Source of the DNA: Aulosira sp. ZfuVER01
GTDB lineage: Bacteria; Cyanobacteriota; Cyanobacteriia; Cyanobacteriales; Nostocaceae
Reading direction: 5' to 3'
Assembly (NCBI GenBank): GCA_034530615.2
Contig: JAVRCV020000043.1
Span: 42,404-106,403 of the forward strand
DNA length: 64,000 nucleotides
The stretch's first letter is position 1, and every line of letters begins with the position of its first letter. The notes beneath the pieces were generated by a model that had not been told where the DNA came from, did no database searches, and saw only the letters and a program-made list of their open reading frames with translations. Of the stretch, positions 1 to 11,175 are shown in pieces. The translations under genes and the position numbers were made by a program.

Positions 1-195
1 GGTAATAGGGTAATAGGAAAACTTAATCGGAGAATTCCTTTTACCTTATGCCATTAATTTTGATTTTTGCTAGGAACTTAAAATATAGCTAGCAAGTTTA
101 TTTTGCCAAAAAGGCTTAAACATATTAACACAGGTTTTTTTGGTGTTTCTGGTTGAAGATATTTATTTTGCTATTTTCAAAATTTATCAAAAATT

Positions 196-370
196 TGGGT
201 CTAAAACCTTGCCCTTCTATAGCGACTTTTTGTAGACTACGCCTAGTCGCCACGGAGCATTCAAGAAACTTCAAACGAACGTGAAGGAATGATAAGACTA
301 CTAACCAAGTAGCACAACCTAGTGAAGCGTCAAGAAATCCTCAACCCTTTAGGATGAGGAGGTATGCTAG
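196..370 (+). mobile_element. Non-autonomous IS200/IS605-family remnant (degenerate left-end hairpin plus tnpB 3'/right-end region, no ORF)
   Basis: GGGTCTAAAACCTTGCCCTTCTATAGCGACTTTT resembles cyanobacterial IS605 left ends; CAAGAAATCCTCAACCCTTTAGGATGAGGAGG is a right-end-like hairpin; recognised by eye. Confidence 0.6.
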
Positions 371-535
371 GTGAGTTAGTATGCGATCGCTTAACTATGA
401 AACTACAAGAACAAAGCCAACAATTAGGCAGCCTGAAAGCTCTAATCACAAGCAAAAATCTCTGATGCTGTGCATTATTAGCGCGTTAGAAGTCACCCCA
501 ACGCACCAATAATGCTAAGTCTAGATTTAACTGAT

Positions 536-1822
536 TTAGCTAAACTGCTCTTCTGCGTCTAGGTTAAATAACATTTGCAAAGTCTGCATACATCGCCGTC
601 TGGCTTCCACATCCTGTTGCGCTCGCAATTGCACCATCGGATCGTGTAAAATTTTGTTAACTATTCCTCTTGTTAAAGCTTCGATCACCTCTTGATGCTT
701 GTCTGCAAATTCCGAACCCAAGCGAGACAATGCTTTTTCCAATTCTTGTTCGCGGATGGTTTCGACTTTATTACGCAAACAGCTAATAGTGGAGACAGTT
801 TCTAGACTGCGCCACCACACATCAAAGGCTTCTACTTCCTCATCTAATATTTTCTCAGCTTCCTGAGCCATTTTCCGACGGCTTTCATAGTTCTGCGCCA
901 CTACTGCCTTCAAATCATCCACGTTAAACGCTTGCACGTTGGCTAGCTCATTTACATCTGCATGGACGTTACGCGGTACGGAAATATCAAATAGCATTAG
1001 AGACTGCTGAGGCTCTAAGACCATTTCTAATTTCGCACGATCCAGTATTGGGTCTGTGGCTGAAGTACTGGTAAATACTAAATCACTCCGAGAAATTACT
1101 GTCATCATTTCCGATAACGGTTGAATTTCCAGAGGTTGATCGGGGAACTGCTTGGCTAATTCTAGGGCGCGATCGCGGGAGCGATTTAAAATACTAATTT
1201 GCCCAGCGCCTTTAGAAATTAGATGCTGTACCAACAAGCGCGACATTTTACCAGCGCCGAGAATTGCTACACGGCAAGCAGCTAAATTTGCCACCTTCAT
1301 TTGCGCTAACTCCACCGCTGCCGAACTGATGGAGACTGCGCCAGTACCAATGCTAGTTTCTGTACGAACTCGCTTGCCTGCTGTTAAAGCTTGTTTAAAT
1401 AATCGATTCAAAATTGTTTTTATACCGTTATATTGCTGCCCTAGTTTGTGGGTATTCTTGACCTGAGCCAGAATTTGACCTTCGCCAAGTACCAAACTAT
1501 CTAAACCAGCAGCCACGCGCATCATATGCATCACAGCGTCATCATGCAGCAACATAAACAGGTGTTGCCGCAAAGATGTTACAGGTAATTTACTGTATTC
1601 AGCCAGAAACTGAGTTACTTCCCGGATACCGTGTTCGGTTTCACCAGTCACGATGTAAATTTCCAGGCGGTTACAAGTACTCAGAATGGCAACTTCGTCA
1701 ATATGGGGATAGCTGGTAAGTTGAGCGATCGCACTTTCTGCTTGAGGTTCTGGAATACTCAACTTTTCCCGGATTTCTACTGGGGCTGTTTTATGGCTTA
1801 ACCCCACCACTGCTATATTCAT
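536..1822 (-). CDS. hemA: Glutamyl-tRNA reductase
   Basis: [22 protein letters not shown] (catalytic Cys), [15 protein letters not shown] motifs. Confidence 0.98.
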   Translation of the reverse strand: MNIAVVGLSHKTAPVEIREKLSIPEPQAESAIAQLTSYPHIDEVAILSTCNRLEIYIVTGETEHGIREVTQFLAEYSKLPVTSLRQHLFMLLHDDAVMHMMRVAAGLDSLVLGEGQILAQVKNTHKLGQQYNGIKTILNRLFKQALTAGKRVRTETSIGTGAVSISSAAVELAQMKVANLAACRVAILGAGKMSRLLVQHLISKGAGQISILNRSRDRALELAKQFPDQPLEIQPLSEMMTVISRSDLVFTSTSATDPILDRAKLEMVLEPQQSLMLFDISVPRNVHADVNELANVQAFNVDDLKAVVAQNYESRRKMAQEAEKILDEEVEAFDVWWRSLETVSTISCLRNKVETIREQELEKALSRLGSEFADKHQEVIEALTRGIVNKILHDPMVQLRAQQDVEARRRCMQTLQMLFNLDAEEQFS

Positions 1823-1924
1823 CTGCTAATTGGTAATTGCTAAATGGTAAATGGTAAGTGGTGAATGGTCAGTAAAGGAGTTAGGAAGAGAATTCATAAC
1901 TCCTAACTCCTCACTGTTTATCGC

Positions 1925-2962
1925 TTATCGCAATTGTACGGTCTTAGGCGAATCAAACATGTGAATGGTATCTACAAACCGTGCAGTGTTTGACTGGTTG
2001 GAAATAACTAGGCTTTGAGTTCTAGCCCCACCTTTGAAGAAGCGTACACCTTGCATCAGATTTCCAGAGGTGATACCACTAGCAGCAAACAACACGGTTT
2101 CACCAGATGCGAGTTCATGAGCATCGTAGACTTTATCAGGGTCATTGATGTTCATAGATCTCAGACGCTCTAGGTTGGCTTCTTTGCTTTCGCCAATTAA
2201 ACCTGTTTTCACGACTGCTGGATCGTAGATTAGCTGACCTTGGAAGTGTCCACCTAAAGCACGCATTGCGGCTGCGGAAATAACACCTTCAGGGGCAGCA
2301 CCGATACCCATCAGCGCATGAATATTAGTACCAGCAAAACCGCAAGAGATGGCTGCACCCACATCACCATCGGAAATCAACTGCACTCTCGCCCCAGCGT
2401 CGCGGATTTCTTTAATCAAATCGTTGTGGCGTTCACGCTTCATAACAACTACCACAAGTTCTTCAATAGAGCGATTTAGACACTCGGAGAGAATTTTGAG
2501 GTTTTCTGTTGCTGACTTGTTAATGTCCACCTTGCCCTTAGCTGCTGGGGGTGCTGCTAACTTCTTCATGTAGAAATCAGGAGCCGCAAATAATCCACCT
2601 TTTTCGGAAATTGCTAATACAGCCATCGAACCAGGTTGTCCGTATGCTACCAAGTTCGTACCTTCACAAGGGTCAACGGCTATGTCAATTTCGATTAATT
2701 CATCTGGGTTACAGAAGTCCTTAGCATCTGGACGGGAGCAGATACCCACCTCTTCCCCAATATATAACATAGGGGCGTCATCGCGTTCGCCTTCGCCAAT
2801 CACAATGCGACCGCGCATATAAATTTTGTTCATCCGTTCCCGCATTGCTTCCACCGCTACTTGGTCAGCAGTGTTCTTTTCGCCTTTACCCATCCATTTG
2901 GCGGATGCGATCGCGGCTTGCTCTACTACCTCAATAATCTCTAGTCCAAGTGTATTTTCCAC
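1925..2962 (-). CDS. glpX: Class II fructose-1,6-/sedoheptulose-1,7-bisphosphatase
   Basis: [37 protein letters not shown] motifs. Confidence 0.97.
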   Translation of the reverse strand: MENTLGLEIIEVVEQAAIASAKWMGKGEKNTADQVAVEAMRERMNKIYMRGRIVIGEGERDDAPMLYIGEEVGICSRPDAKDFCNPDELIEIDIAVDPCEGTNLVAYGQPGSMAVLAISEKGGLFAAPDFYMKKLAAPPAAKGKVDINKSATENLKILSECLNRSIEELVVVVMKRERHNDLIKEIRDAGARVQLISDGDVGAAISCGFAGTNIHALMGIGAAPEGVISAAAMRALGGHFQGQLIYDPAVVKTGLIGESKEANLERLRSMNINDPDKVYDAHELASGETVLFAASGITSGNLMQGVRFFKGGARTQSLVISNQSNTARFVDTIHMFDSPKTVQLR

Positions 2963-3362
2963 AGAGTCGCCCTCTCAACTGCTTGACTTAGCGTCGTTTT
3001 ATCTAGCTGTTCCAGTCTTCAAGTCTACCAAAGGGCGGATACCCGTGGAAAATAGTCTTGCTAGGCCTGTTGTTAAGTTTTGCTGCTATAAATTTTGTCA
3101 TGTGTCGATTGTGACATTATTAGGATTTTTGCTTAGTCGCATTAAATAGGAATTTATATCAATTACTTAATAGTATATTCTGGAAAAGAAACATTTTATT
3201 TACTATTAGATGCTAAATCATCGAGTATCCAGATTCTTGTTAAACCTGACAATAATCCCCAAAATCCGCAGCATCAGCAAATGAAGTACAAATTAATATT
3301 CATGTTGAACTGTGAGTTTTGACATAGCCTTTTTAAACCAAATAGCCATCTGGAGGTAAATC

Positions 3363-3935
3363 ATGTTTATTGACTACATCACACTCATGTTGATCAATAT
3401 GGTAGCCGGATTATTTTTACTAGCAGATTACGTATATCGAGGAATAGATAGCGATAATCAAAAACGCTGGGTTCCTGGCTTTGGAGTTACAGGTGCGATC
3501 GCATTTACCACCGGCTTACACATGACCTTTACCTGGCCGATTAGAGGTAGTTTTAACATTGCTTTCGGTGAAACCACTATCCTATTCGGAATCTTGTTTA
3601 TTGCAGCTGCGATCGCACTTTCCTTAGGTTGGGATTTACTAACACTGGCAATTTACGCTTTCTTTGCAGGTTTAGCGGCAATTGTTATCGGTTTGCGCAT
3701 CATCAATTTGGGTATTACACAGCAACCATTAATGTCTGGTATAGGCTTTATTCTCACTGGCTTAAGTGGCGTTTGTGCTGCACCAACTCTCTATTGGAAA
3801 ACAAACCGAACTTGGCGGTTAATCGGGGTAGCGGTATTAATTGTAGCAGCGTTGATTTGGGCATTAACTGGTTATTTAGCTTACTGGAATCATTTAGAAG
3901 GTTTCCAGAAATGGGTTCCAACCCCAATGCGATGA
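3363..3935 (+). CDS. DUF981-family membrane protein
   Basis: 190 aa polytopic membrane protein starting MFIDYITLMLINM, with TWP..GSFNIAFGE; GGAGG RBS upstream. Confidence 0.8.
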   Translation: MFIDYITLMLINMVAGLFLLADYVYRGIDSDNQKRWVPGFGVTGAIAFTTGLHMTFTWPIRGSFNIAFGETTILFGILFIAAAIALSLGWDLLTLAIYAFFAGLAAIVIGLRIINLGITQQPLMSGIGFILTGLSGVCAAPTLYWKTNRTWRLIGVAVLIVAALIWALTGYLAYWNHLEGFQKWVPTPMR

Positions 3936-3939
3936 CTAT

Positions 3940-4017
3940 ACAAAAGACGTATTTATCTTGGCAGGGTAAGAAACAGAAATCATCATTAACACCAACGGAT
4001 ATTGGAGGTATTTATGA
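3940..4017 (+). pseudogene. C-terminal fragment of a DUF6888-like gene with internal stop
   Basis: Frame reads TKDVFILAG*ETEIIINTNGYWRYL* and overlaps the next ATG (ATGA), as in DUF6888/DUF6887 pairs. Confidence 0.5.
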
Positions 4018-4226
4018 GCAAGCCTGATTTCATGACAATGACCCGTCCAGAATTTCGTCAATATATTCTTGAGCATAGGGAAGATGAAGAAGCACTTCAA
4101 ATCTACATTGACAGGTTCCAAAACCCCAATGCCAAAGTTTACCCAGCACCCAAGTCATTAGAAGATTTAGAGAATTTCCCCGAAATTCACCGCCAACATC
4201 TAGAGCAGCAGCGCAAACAAGGATAA
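4014..4226 (+). CDS. DUF6887-like small protein
   Basis: MSKPDFMTMTRPEFRQYILEHREDEEA pattern; GGAGG RBS. Confidence 0.65.
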   Translation: MSKPDFMTMTRPEFRQYILEHREDEEALQIYIDRFQNPNAKVYPAPKSLEDLENFPEIHRQHLEQQRKQG

Positions 4227-4417
4227 AACCAGTCTCAGAATGTAAGGAAGAAAGGAGCAATGGCGTGATCGCATTCTTGCATTTCAGTGTTTATTTTAAG
4301 TGCGATCGCTGCTGAGGAAGGCTAAGATTAATAAATTTCTCTGGCAAAACAAACCGAACTTGGCGGTTAATTGGTACATTACTTAACACCTACTCGGTTG
4401 TTAAACTCCCGAATTTG

Positions 4418-6589
4418 TTATTTATTTGTTGTTATGACTTGTGATAAGCTCTGCAACAAATTCATTGCTGTGTAAGGTTTAGATAAAAAAGCTTTGGCAC
4501 CAGCATCCAGAAAATTTTGACGATGAGTAGATAAACCACTGGTAGCAATAATTTTTACATCTGGGTTAATATTGCATAGAATCTGGGTAGTTATTAATCC
4601 ATCCATATTCGGCATCATCATATCCATAAACACTACACTAATTTCTGTCTTATAGTGAGTATAAATATCGATAGCCTCAACTCCATTATTAGCAATTAGA
4701 GTTTTGTAATTATTGTTTTCTAAAGTTAACTTAGTAGTTTGTTGGAGAGATTTTTCATCATCGACAATCAAAATTAACTCACCGTTTCCCTGAGGTAGTT
4801 CTTTTTCGATGATTGACTCAGTAATTGCTTGTGGGACTATCGGTAAGTACACCTGAAACTTTGAACCCTTACCTAATTCGCTCTGCACCTTCACAAAACC
4901 GCCGAGGTTCTTGACGATACCTAAAACTGTTGATAATCCTAACCCTGTACCTTTACCAACCTCTTTAGTGGTAAAAAATGGCTCAAATATGCGCTCTAAA
5001 AATTCTGGCGGGATTCCCGTTCCTGTATCCGAGATGGTAACAACGTTATAGAATCCTGGTTTCGCCTCAATATCCGTTTGCGCATAGATTTCGTCAATCA
5101 TCCGATTTTCGGCAGTGATGGTAAGCGTACCACCATCAGACATAGCATCACGGGCATTAACACACAGGTTCATCAACACTTGGTGGATTTGGGTAGGATC
5201 TGCTGAGATCGTTCCCAGATTTGACGTTGGTAGATTGATGCAGATTTCAAGTGATTTAGGAAATGTAGTTTTGACAACTCTCTCAATTTCCTCGATCGAG
5301 TGTTTTAGTTTTAGAGGAATGCGTTTACCTTCTCCTCCGCCTGCAAACGACAGAATTTGCTTGACTAGTTCTTTAGCTCGTTGAGAATTTTCTGCGATTA
5401 TTCTCAATAATTCCCGATTTTGATTGTTAATATCGGGTAATTTCAGCGGTAACAGTTGGGCAACCGTGAGAATAGGCGTCAGTATGTTGTTGAAATCATG
5501 AGCAATACCGCTAGCCAGAGTACCAAGGCTTTCTAAGCGTTGTAACTGATAAAACTGTCGCTCTAGTAGTTTTTTCTCGGTGAGATCGCTTTCAACACAA
5601 AGGATAGATTTTGCCTGTCCTGCATCATTACACACTAGAGTCCAGCGACTAGAAACGATGATTGCTTGACCAGATTTAGTAATCTTATTTAGTTCTCCAT
5701 GCCATTCGCCTTGTTCTAAAACAGTTTTGCAAGCATCTTCTGCTTGTGATGAAATTTGCTGGTACAACAATTGACGAGAATCTTTACCAACAATTTCTGC
5801 TACCTGCCAGCCGTACAGACTTTCAGCAGCAGAATTCCAATATAAAATTCGATATTCTAAATCGCAGACAAAAATGGCATCGGTAGCAATATCAAGCAGC
5901 GCAGCCTGTTCGCGGATTTTTTCTTCTACTTGCTTGCGATCGCTCAGATCGCGAAACGACCAATATAGACGAACTAATCCCGGACTAGAGCATTCCGCAG
6001 ACAAAGAAACAGCAGTAGGCAATAATTCTTTTTGTCTTGGCGTTAAAGACACTTCTCTGTCTTGGAGTAAGTACTTTGCTGTCGAGTAAATGTTTTGTTG
6101 CTGACCTATTGACGGTAAATTATTTCTCATCTGAAGATTTTGCCCATCCTCAGCCAGCAATGTTTTCAGCTTTTCCAGCTGCTCATAAATAATTGCACGA
6201 TCTCCAGAGAACACAAACACACTTAGTGGTTTACCCACTAAGTAATCTTGCCAGACATTGAGTAGGGTATGCGCTGCGTAGTTTGCTTCTAGGATAATTC
6301 CCCGCTTGTCAGTTACTAAGTAAGCATCTGGAGCAAATTGGAATAAATCTCGGTAGCGCTGACGTTCTAAGTCCAACATTTGGCGAGTATTCTGCAATTC
6401 CTCGTTTTGTTGGTGTAATTCTTCCGCTGTAACCCTTAACTCTTCTAAGGCTACAGAGAGTTCGGTAATCGCTACTGAAAACAAGTCATTACTAATGTTA
6501 GATGGTGAATTTGTTGGCTGTTGGAGCTGTTCTAAACGCTCTTGAGCAGCAACAATTTGTTGGTCTAATTGCCGATCTTCAGGTGTCAT
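4418..6589 (-). CDS. PAS-PAS hybrid sensor histidine kinase/response regulator
   Basis: Coiled coil, two PAS domains, H-box GIAHDFNN, N-box NLCVNARDAM, G boxes, C-terminal receiver (LIVDDE, DMMMP, KPY). Confidence 0.93.
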   Translation of the reverse strand: MTPEDRQLDQQIVAAQERLEQLQQPTNSPSNISNDLFSVAITELSVALEELRVTAEELHQQNEELQNTRQMLDLERQRYRDLFQFAPDAYLVTDKRGIILEANYAAHTLLNVWQDYLVGKPLSVFVFSGDRAIIYEQLEKLKTLLAEDGQNLQMRNNLPSIGQQQNIYSTAKYLLQDREVSLTPRQKELLPTAVSLSAECSSPGLVRLYWSFRDLSDRKQVEEKIREQAALLDIATDAIFVCDLEYRILYWNSAAESLYGWQVAEIVGKDSRQLLYQQISSQAEDACKTVLEQGEWHGELNKITKSGQAIIVSSRWTLVCNDAGQAKSILCVESDLTEKKLLERQFYQLQRLESLGTLASGIAHDFNNILTPILTVAQLLPLKLPDINNQNRELLRIIAENSQRAKELVKQILSFAGGGEGKRIPLKLKHSIEEIERVVKTTFPKSLEICINLPTSNLGTISADPTQIHQVLMNLCVNARDAMSDGGTLTITAENRMIDEIYAQTDIEAKPGFYNVVTISDTGTGIPPEFLERIFEPFFTTKEVGKGTGLGLSTVLGIVKNLGGFVKVQSELGKGSKFQVYLPIVPQAITESIIEKELPQGNGELILIVDDEKSLQQTTKLTLENNNYKTLIANNGVEAIDIYTHYKTEISVVFMDMMMPNMDGLITTQILCNINPDVKIIATSGLSTHRQNFLDAGAKAFLSKPYTAMNLLQSLSQVITTNK

Positions 6590-7062
6590 AGGATTGCCTC
6601 GGCTCTTTACTGGTTAGAGTAATATGAAATAGAGGCGCAAATTCGTCTAGATGAACTTGCAACTAATGTAGGTATTCATTGAACGTTTCAATTTGCAAAG
6701 AAAACATTGGCTTGCGTATCCGCAGCATAAGGCTGGAGCAAGTGTAGGCTGTAAAGTCAAAGCCCCGCGATCGCCTGATAAATTCCAAAAATTATTCAAA
6801 TACTTGCTCTTCGTTGTTGATCGTCATGAATGGCGCTTTGCTTTGACATTTTATAGCGCTCAAATAAGAGTATATTAAACTTCGGGATTAATCTGTGCAT
6901 CTGTGTCGATCGTAGCAGCGCTGATTTGGGCATTAACTGGTTATTTGGCTTACTGAAATCATTGAGAAAGCTTGCAAATATGAGTTCTTGCTGCAATGCG
7001 ATCGCTGATGCCAGTAACGATCTAGGCTAGAGACAATTCACACAAATTGATAAGATGCAAAT

Positions 7063-7377
7063 ATGTTGGATTTTCTCAATCCCCTATTAAATCGCCATCC
7101 AGAAAGAATTAAGGCTAACGTCGAGATTTACACTTGGCAAACTTGCCCTTACTGCATCCGCGCTAAGATGCTGCTGTGGTGGAAAGGCGTTCAATTTCAG
7201 GAATACAAAATCGACGGCGACGAAGTAGCCAGAGCAAAAATGGCAGAACGAGCTAATGGCCGCCGCACAGTACCGCAGATTTTTATTAATAATCAGCATG
7301 TTGGTGGCTGTGATGACCTTTATCAGTTAGATACACAAGGTCAACTCGATCCTTTATTAGCCCAAACTGTTGCTTAA
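7063..7377 (+). CDS. grxC: Glutaredoxin 3
   Basis: CPYC active site, TVPQIFI, GGCDDL. Confidence 0.95.
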   Translation: MLDFLNPLLNRHPERIKANVEIYTWQTCPYCIRAKMLLWWKGVQFQEYKIDGDEVARAKMAERANGRRTVPQIFINNQHVGGCDDLYQLDTQGQLDPLLAQTVA

Positions 7378-7471
7378 TTTTAGGCTACTTACAACAGACT
7401 AAATTAAAAATCTAATTTGCCCGCCAAGGCGGGCTTTATATTGTTTATTGACAAGTATTCTCAATCATTAT

Positions 7472-7957
7472 ATGTTAATTGAATACCCAGGATATCTTGC
7501 CCACCGACAATGGATGACTCGCGCCTTAGAATTAGCACAGGCAGCAGGTGAAGCCGGAGAAGTACCTGTAGGAGCTGTAATTGTTGATGCCTCAGGCAAT
7601 ATACTGGCAGAGGGTGAAAACAGAAAAGAACGCGACAAAGACCCTACAGATCACGCAGAAATTATTGCCCTTAGGGCAGCTGCTCAAAATTTACAAAGTT
7701 GGCGTCTCAATGAATGCACTCTCTATGTAACTTTAGAACCTTGCCCAATGTGCGCCGGTGCTATTATACACGCCCGTATAGGACTGTTGGTGTATGGAGT
7801 AGACGATACAAAAACTGGTGCAATACGTACTGTTACCAACATCCCTGATAGTGCTGCCTCTAATCACCGTCTACAAGTCCTTGGAGGCATTTTAGAGTCT
7901 GCTTGTCGTCAGCAATTGCAAGCTTGGTTTGCTACCCGACGCCATAAGCAAAATTAG
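7472..7957 (+). CDS. tadA: tRNA adenosine(34) deaminase
   Basis: GEVPVGAV, HAE, TLEPCPMC; ATG at 7472 preferred over the upstream TTG. Confidence 0.93.
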   Translation: MLIEYPGYLAHRQWMTRALELAQAAGEAGEVPVGAVIVDASGNILAEGENRKERDKDPTDHAEIIALRAAAQNLQSWRLNECTLYVTLEPCPMCAGAIIHARIGLLVYGVDDTKTGAIRTVTNIPDSAASNHRLQVLGGILESACRQQLQAWFATRRHKQN

Positions 7958-8068
7958 CAGACAGAGACGAAACTGTCCAATAGGTAGGACACAAGTCATG
8001 AAAGAAAATCTACGGTGTAACTAATCAAGGTTTCGTCACATTTTATTTGACAATCAGCAGCCACCATC

Positions 8069-8848
8069 ATGATGGAAATTTACTCTGCTAACCCTACCTC
8101 TCAGCAAAAACTAGCAAATACCCGTGCAACTACCAAGGTGGCTCATACTACCTCTACTACCTCGTGGGTTTCTGCTTGGTTAGCGCCTCTAGCGTATCTA
8201 TTAGGAAGACACTTCCTCATCCCCTCGTTTTTTGGGAGGATTACAATCATTGGGCAAGAAAATCTTCCCACAACTGGCCCTGTGATTCTCGCACCTACCC
8301 ACCGTGCACGTTGGGATGCATTGCTTGTACCCTATGCGGCGATCGCTTGTAACGCAAAACAAGACTTACGATTTATGGTGACTAGTAGCGAATGCAAAGG
8401 GTTACAAGGCTGGTTTGTCCGACGCTTAGGGGGATTTCCTGTCAATCCTAAACATCCGTCAATTACTACCTTACGACATGGGGTTGATCTGCTTCAGCAG
8501 AAAAAAACCTTAGTAATCTTTCCAGAAGGCGGTATTTACCGTGATGGTGAAGTTCACCCATTAAAGCCAGGAATTGCGCGTCTAGCTTTGAGTGCTGAAT
8601 CTAGTCAGCCAGATTTGGGAATTAAAATTATACCTATTAGTATCAATTACAGCCAAACATATCCAAACTGGGGTACAGATGTGATGATTCACATTGGCCC
8701 AGCAATAAAAGTTGCAGATTATAGTCAAGGTTGTGTAAAACAAAATGCCAAATGCCTAACTAGCGATTTAGCTAAAGTTTTGCAACAACTCAGCCACCAA
8801 GAATCAGAAATTACTAGTCACACATTTGTAGAAATTCCTAATTCTTAA
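8069..8848 (+). CDS. Lysophospholipid acyltransferase (PlsC family)
   Basis: HRARWD (HxxxxD) and IFPEG motifs. Confidence 0.88.
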   Translation: MMEIYSANPTSQQKLANTRATTKVAHTTSTTSWVSAWLAPLAYLLGRHFLIPSFFGRITIIGQENLPTTGPVILAPTHRARWDALLVPYAAIACNAKQDLRFMVTSSECKGLQGWFVRRLGGFPVNPKHPSITTLRHGVDLLQQKKTLVIFPEGGIYRDGEVHPLKPGIARLALSAESSQPDLGIKIIPISINYSQTYPNWGTDVMIHIGPAIKVADYSQGCVKQNAKCLTSDLAKVLQQLSHQESEITSHTFVEIPNS

Positions 8849-8901
8849 TATGGTCAAGACTCCAGAGTGATTAACCTTTACCAAGGAACAATGACCATTG
8901 A

Positions 8902-11004
8902 CTAAATACTCAAATTTAATTCCCAGCTATTCAATTGACCGACATCTTGTGGTGCATAATCGACGAGCCATAATTGCCAGCGTCCTTTAGCTGAAGAGGA
9001 TAGCAATTGTTTGAGAGATGGGTGCGATCGCACTGTATAAGTTGTTTGTAAATTAGTGCGGCGGCCTAAGGTGCGATTTTGCAATAACACTTGTTGATTA
9101 TTGGGTGCTATTAAATAAATTTCTAGATCGCCTAAAAAATCATGAGTAATATTAACTGTTACTTGAATATCTTGGACTAAGTTCGTCTCTGAAATGGCGA
9201 TCGCACTTTTTATTCCCTGTTTATTATTATCTGGAATTCCTAGCGGGCTATCATTTTTGCCCTTAATTTGCTTGGTAGCAGTTGATGTTCCTGTACGCAG
9301 TTGCTGTGCGGCTTGCACTGCTTTAGCTGCATTCACCTTGCCATAACCAAACCATTGCGAATGGCCGTTACTGTCGTAAGTCCCTTCGCGTAAACCTAGT
9401 TGTGGGTCAGGGTTAGTGTCTAAAATTTTATCCGTGGTCTCTTGTAATATGCGTCTGACTTGTTGGGCGGTTAAGTCAGGATTTGCTGACAACATCAGTG
9501 CTGCCACACCTGCGACTACAGGTGTGGCGCCAGAAGTCCCGCCAAAGTTGCGGGTAAAGTCCCCAGGATCGTAACCTGCGGCTCCTAATTGATCGGTGGT
9601 GAGCATTCCTAATCCTGAAAGCGAAGTTGCGATCGCAGGTTGTGTTTCCATAAATCCAGCCTCCTGAAACCACATCCCAGGAGGAGCATTGTTACTAGGC
9701 GCACACACTGCAATATTATTACCCCAATTGCTGTAGGCTGATTTCTTGCCCAAACTCGTAGAAGCAGCGATCGCTATCACATCTGTATGTACCGCAAAAC
9801 CACTTAACCAGTCTGTATTACCTGATAACAGATTTTTAGGCCAATTGCGTTCGTAAACAGTACCATCAATTGGACGGTTGGCATTGCCTGCGGCAAATAA
9901 AATCACACAACCTTTACCATTACGCCCTTTGGTAGCAGCGCGGGTAATCGCAGCACTTTGACGTAAAGACAGGGGAAAATAAACAGCAGATGCTCCCCAA
10001 CTGCAAGAAATCACACTAGCGCCTTTGTCGATTGCCCAATTGAATATATCCTCAATTGATTCATCATCCAAAAACCCGGTGGTGCGAATTGGCATTAAAG
10101 CACAACCAGGGGCAACTCCAACAATACCTTTACCATTTTCTTCGGCTACAGCTATACCTGCACAAGCTGTACCGTGACTAGTTTCCTGTTCATCCGGCAA
10201 AGGTAAAAAATCATTTTCTTTTAAATCTCTAGGGGCAACAATCTTACCACTGCCTTGAAAATCTGGATGGTTCAAATCAAAAGAATCATCAACTACCGCC
10301 ACAACCACAGAACGGACACCGCGAGTCATATCCCAAGCTTTCTCGATAGAAATATGAGAACCGGCTGCTAATTGATTACCGCCATTGTGGTTGAGATACC
10401 ATTGCTGGGGATAGAGAGGATCGCGGGGTTTGTAATGAGTTTCCTGGCGTACAAGGATGTTAGGTTCAGCAGCTAATACTTCTTTTATTCCTTGCAGTTG
10501 ATTAGCAATTTTGATGGGATTTTCTGTTGCTTGTTTACTGACACGAAACACAAAAGTATTAGGCAGACCAAGAACTGGTTTTTCTTGAACTAGGTTGAAT
10601 GCAGTTGTGAGAGCATTTATCCTAGCTTCATCAACGTCAGCAGCAAATTGAATTGTAATTTGGTCATTGAGATATACAAAAGTTCCAGGATTATCTTTGA
10701 GTTTGTAAATATGGCTGGCAAAAGCAACATTTTGGTCAGCACGTGCTTGCGACATTGCTGTTTCTAACTGGTTGGGCGCTACCGTAAACAGTTCGAGCCT
10801 GGCTTGGGGAATGCTACGTTGCCAAGCTCCCCAACTAACTTGAGATAATTCCTGGTGAGGAATATCTTTAACAAAACGGATAGTGAAACGATCCAAAGCC
10901 TTTTCTAAAATTAATTCTTCACCACCGCGTTGTAATACCATTCCTAGATTACTAGCTGGTATACCTGTATTGGTAGAATTAGAGTAGTTAACGGGATCAT
11001 TCAT
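8902..11004 (-). CDS. S8 subtilisin-like serine protease with C-terminal P-domain
   Basis: Catalytic triad motifs VVDD, HGTACAG, GTSGATP; P-domain HDFLGDL...GRWQLW. Confidence 0.92.
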   Translation of the reverse strand: MNDPVNYSNSTNTGIPASNLGMVLQRGGEELILEKALDRFTIRFVKDIPHQELSQVSWGAWQRSIPQARLELFTVAPNQLETAMSQARADQNVAFASHIYKLKDNPGTFVYLNDQITIQFAADVDEARINALTTAFNLVQEKPVLGLPNTFVFRVSKQATENPIKIANQLQGIKEVLAAEPNILVRQETHYKPRDPLYPQQWYLNHNGGNQLAAGSHISIEKAWDMTRGVRSVVVAVVDDSFDLNHPDFQGSGKIVAPRDLKENDFLPLPDEQETSHGTACAGIAVAEENGKGIVGVAPGCALMPIRTTGFLDDESIEDIFNWAIDKGASVISCSWGASAVYFPLSLRQSAAITRAATKGRNGKGCVILFAAGNANRPIDGTVYERNWPKNLLSGNTDWLSGFAVHTDVIAIAASTSLGKKSAYSNWGNNIAVCAPSNNAPPGMWFQEAGFMETQPAIATSLSGLGMLTTDQLGAAGYDPGDFTRNFGGTSGATPVVAGVAALMLSANPDLTAQQVRRILQETTDKILDTNPDPQLGLREGTYDSNGHSQWFGYGKVNAAKAVQAAQQLRTGTSTATKQIKGKNDSPLGIPDNNKQGIKSAIAISETNLVQDIQVTVNITHDFLGDLEIYLIAPNNQQVLLQNRTLGRRTNLQTTYTVRSHPSLKQLLSSSAKGRWQLWLVDYAPQDVGQLNSWELNLSI

Positions 11005-11175
11005 AGGTACACTTTTAGATACTATGATTAAGGGCTAAGGGAACTCAATTAGGCTGATTTTCAGTCTAAAACAGAGAAACCTAGTGTGTTGCTTTGCTTG
11101 GTCAAAGACGAAAACAGAGTTAAGATACCCGAAGTTTCCATTGCTTTTTATATATTTGTCGCACGAATTGATCCC

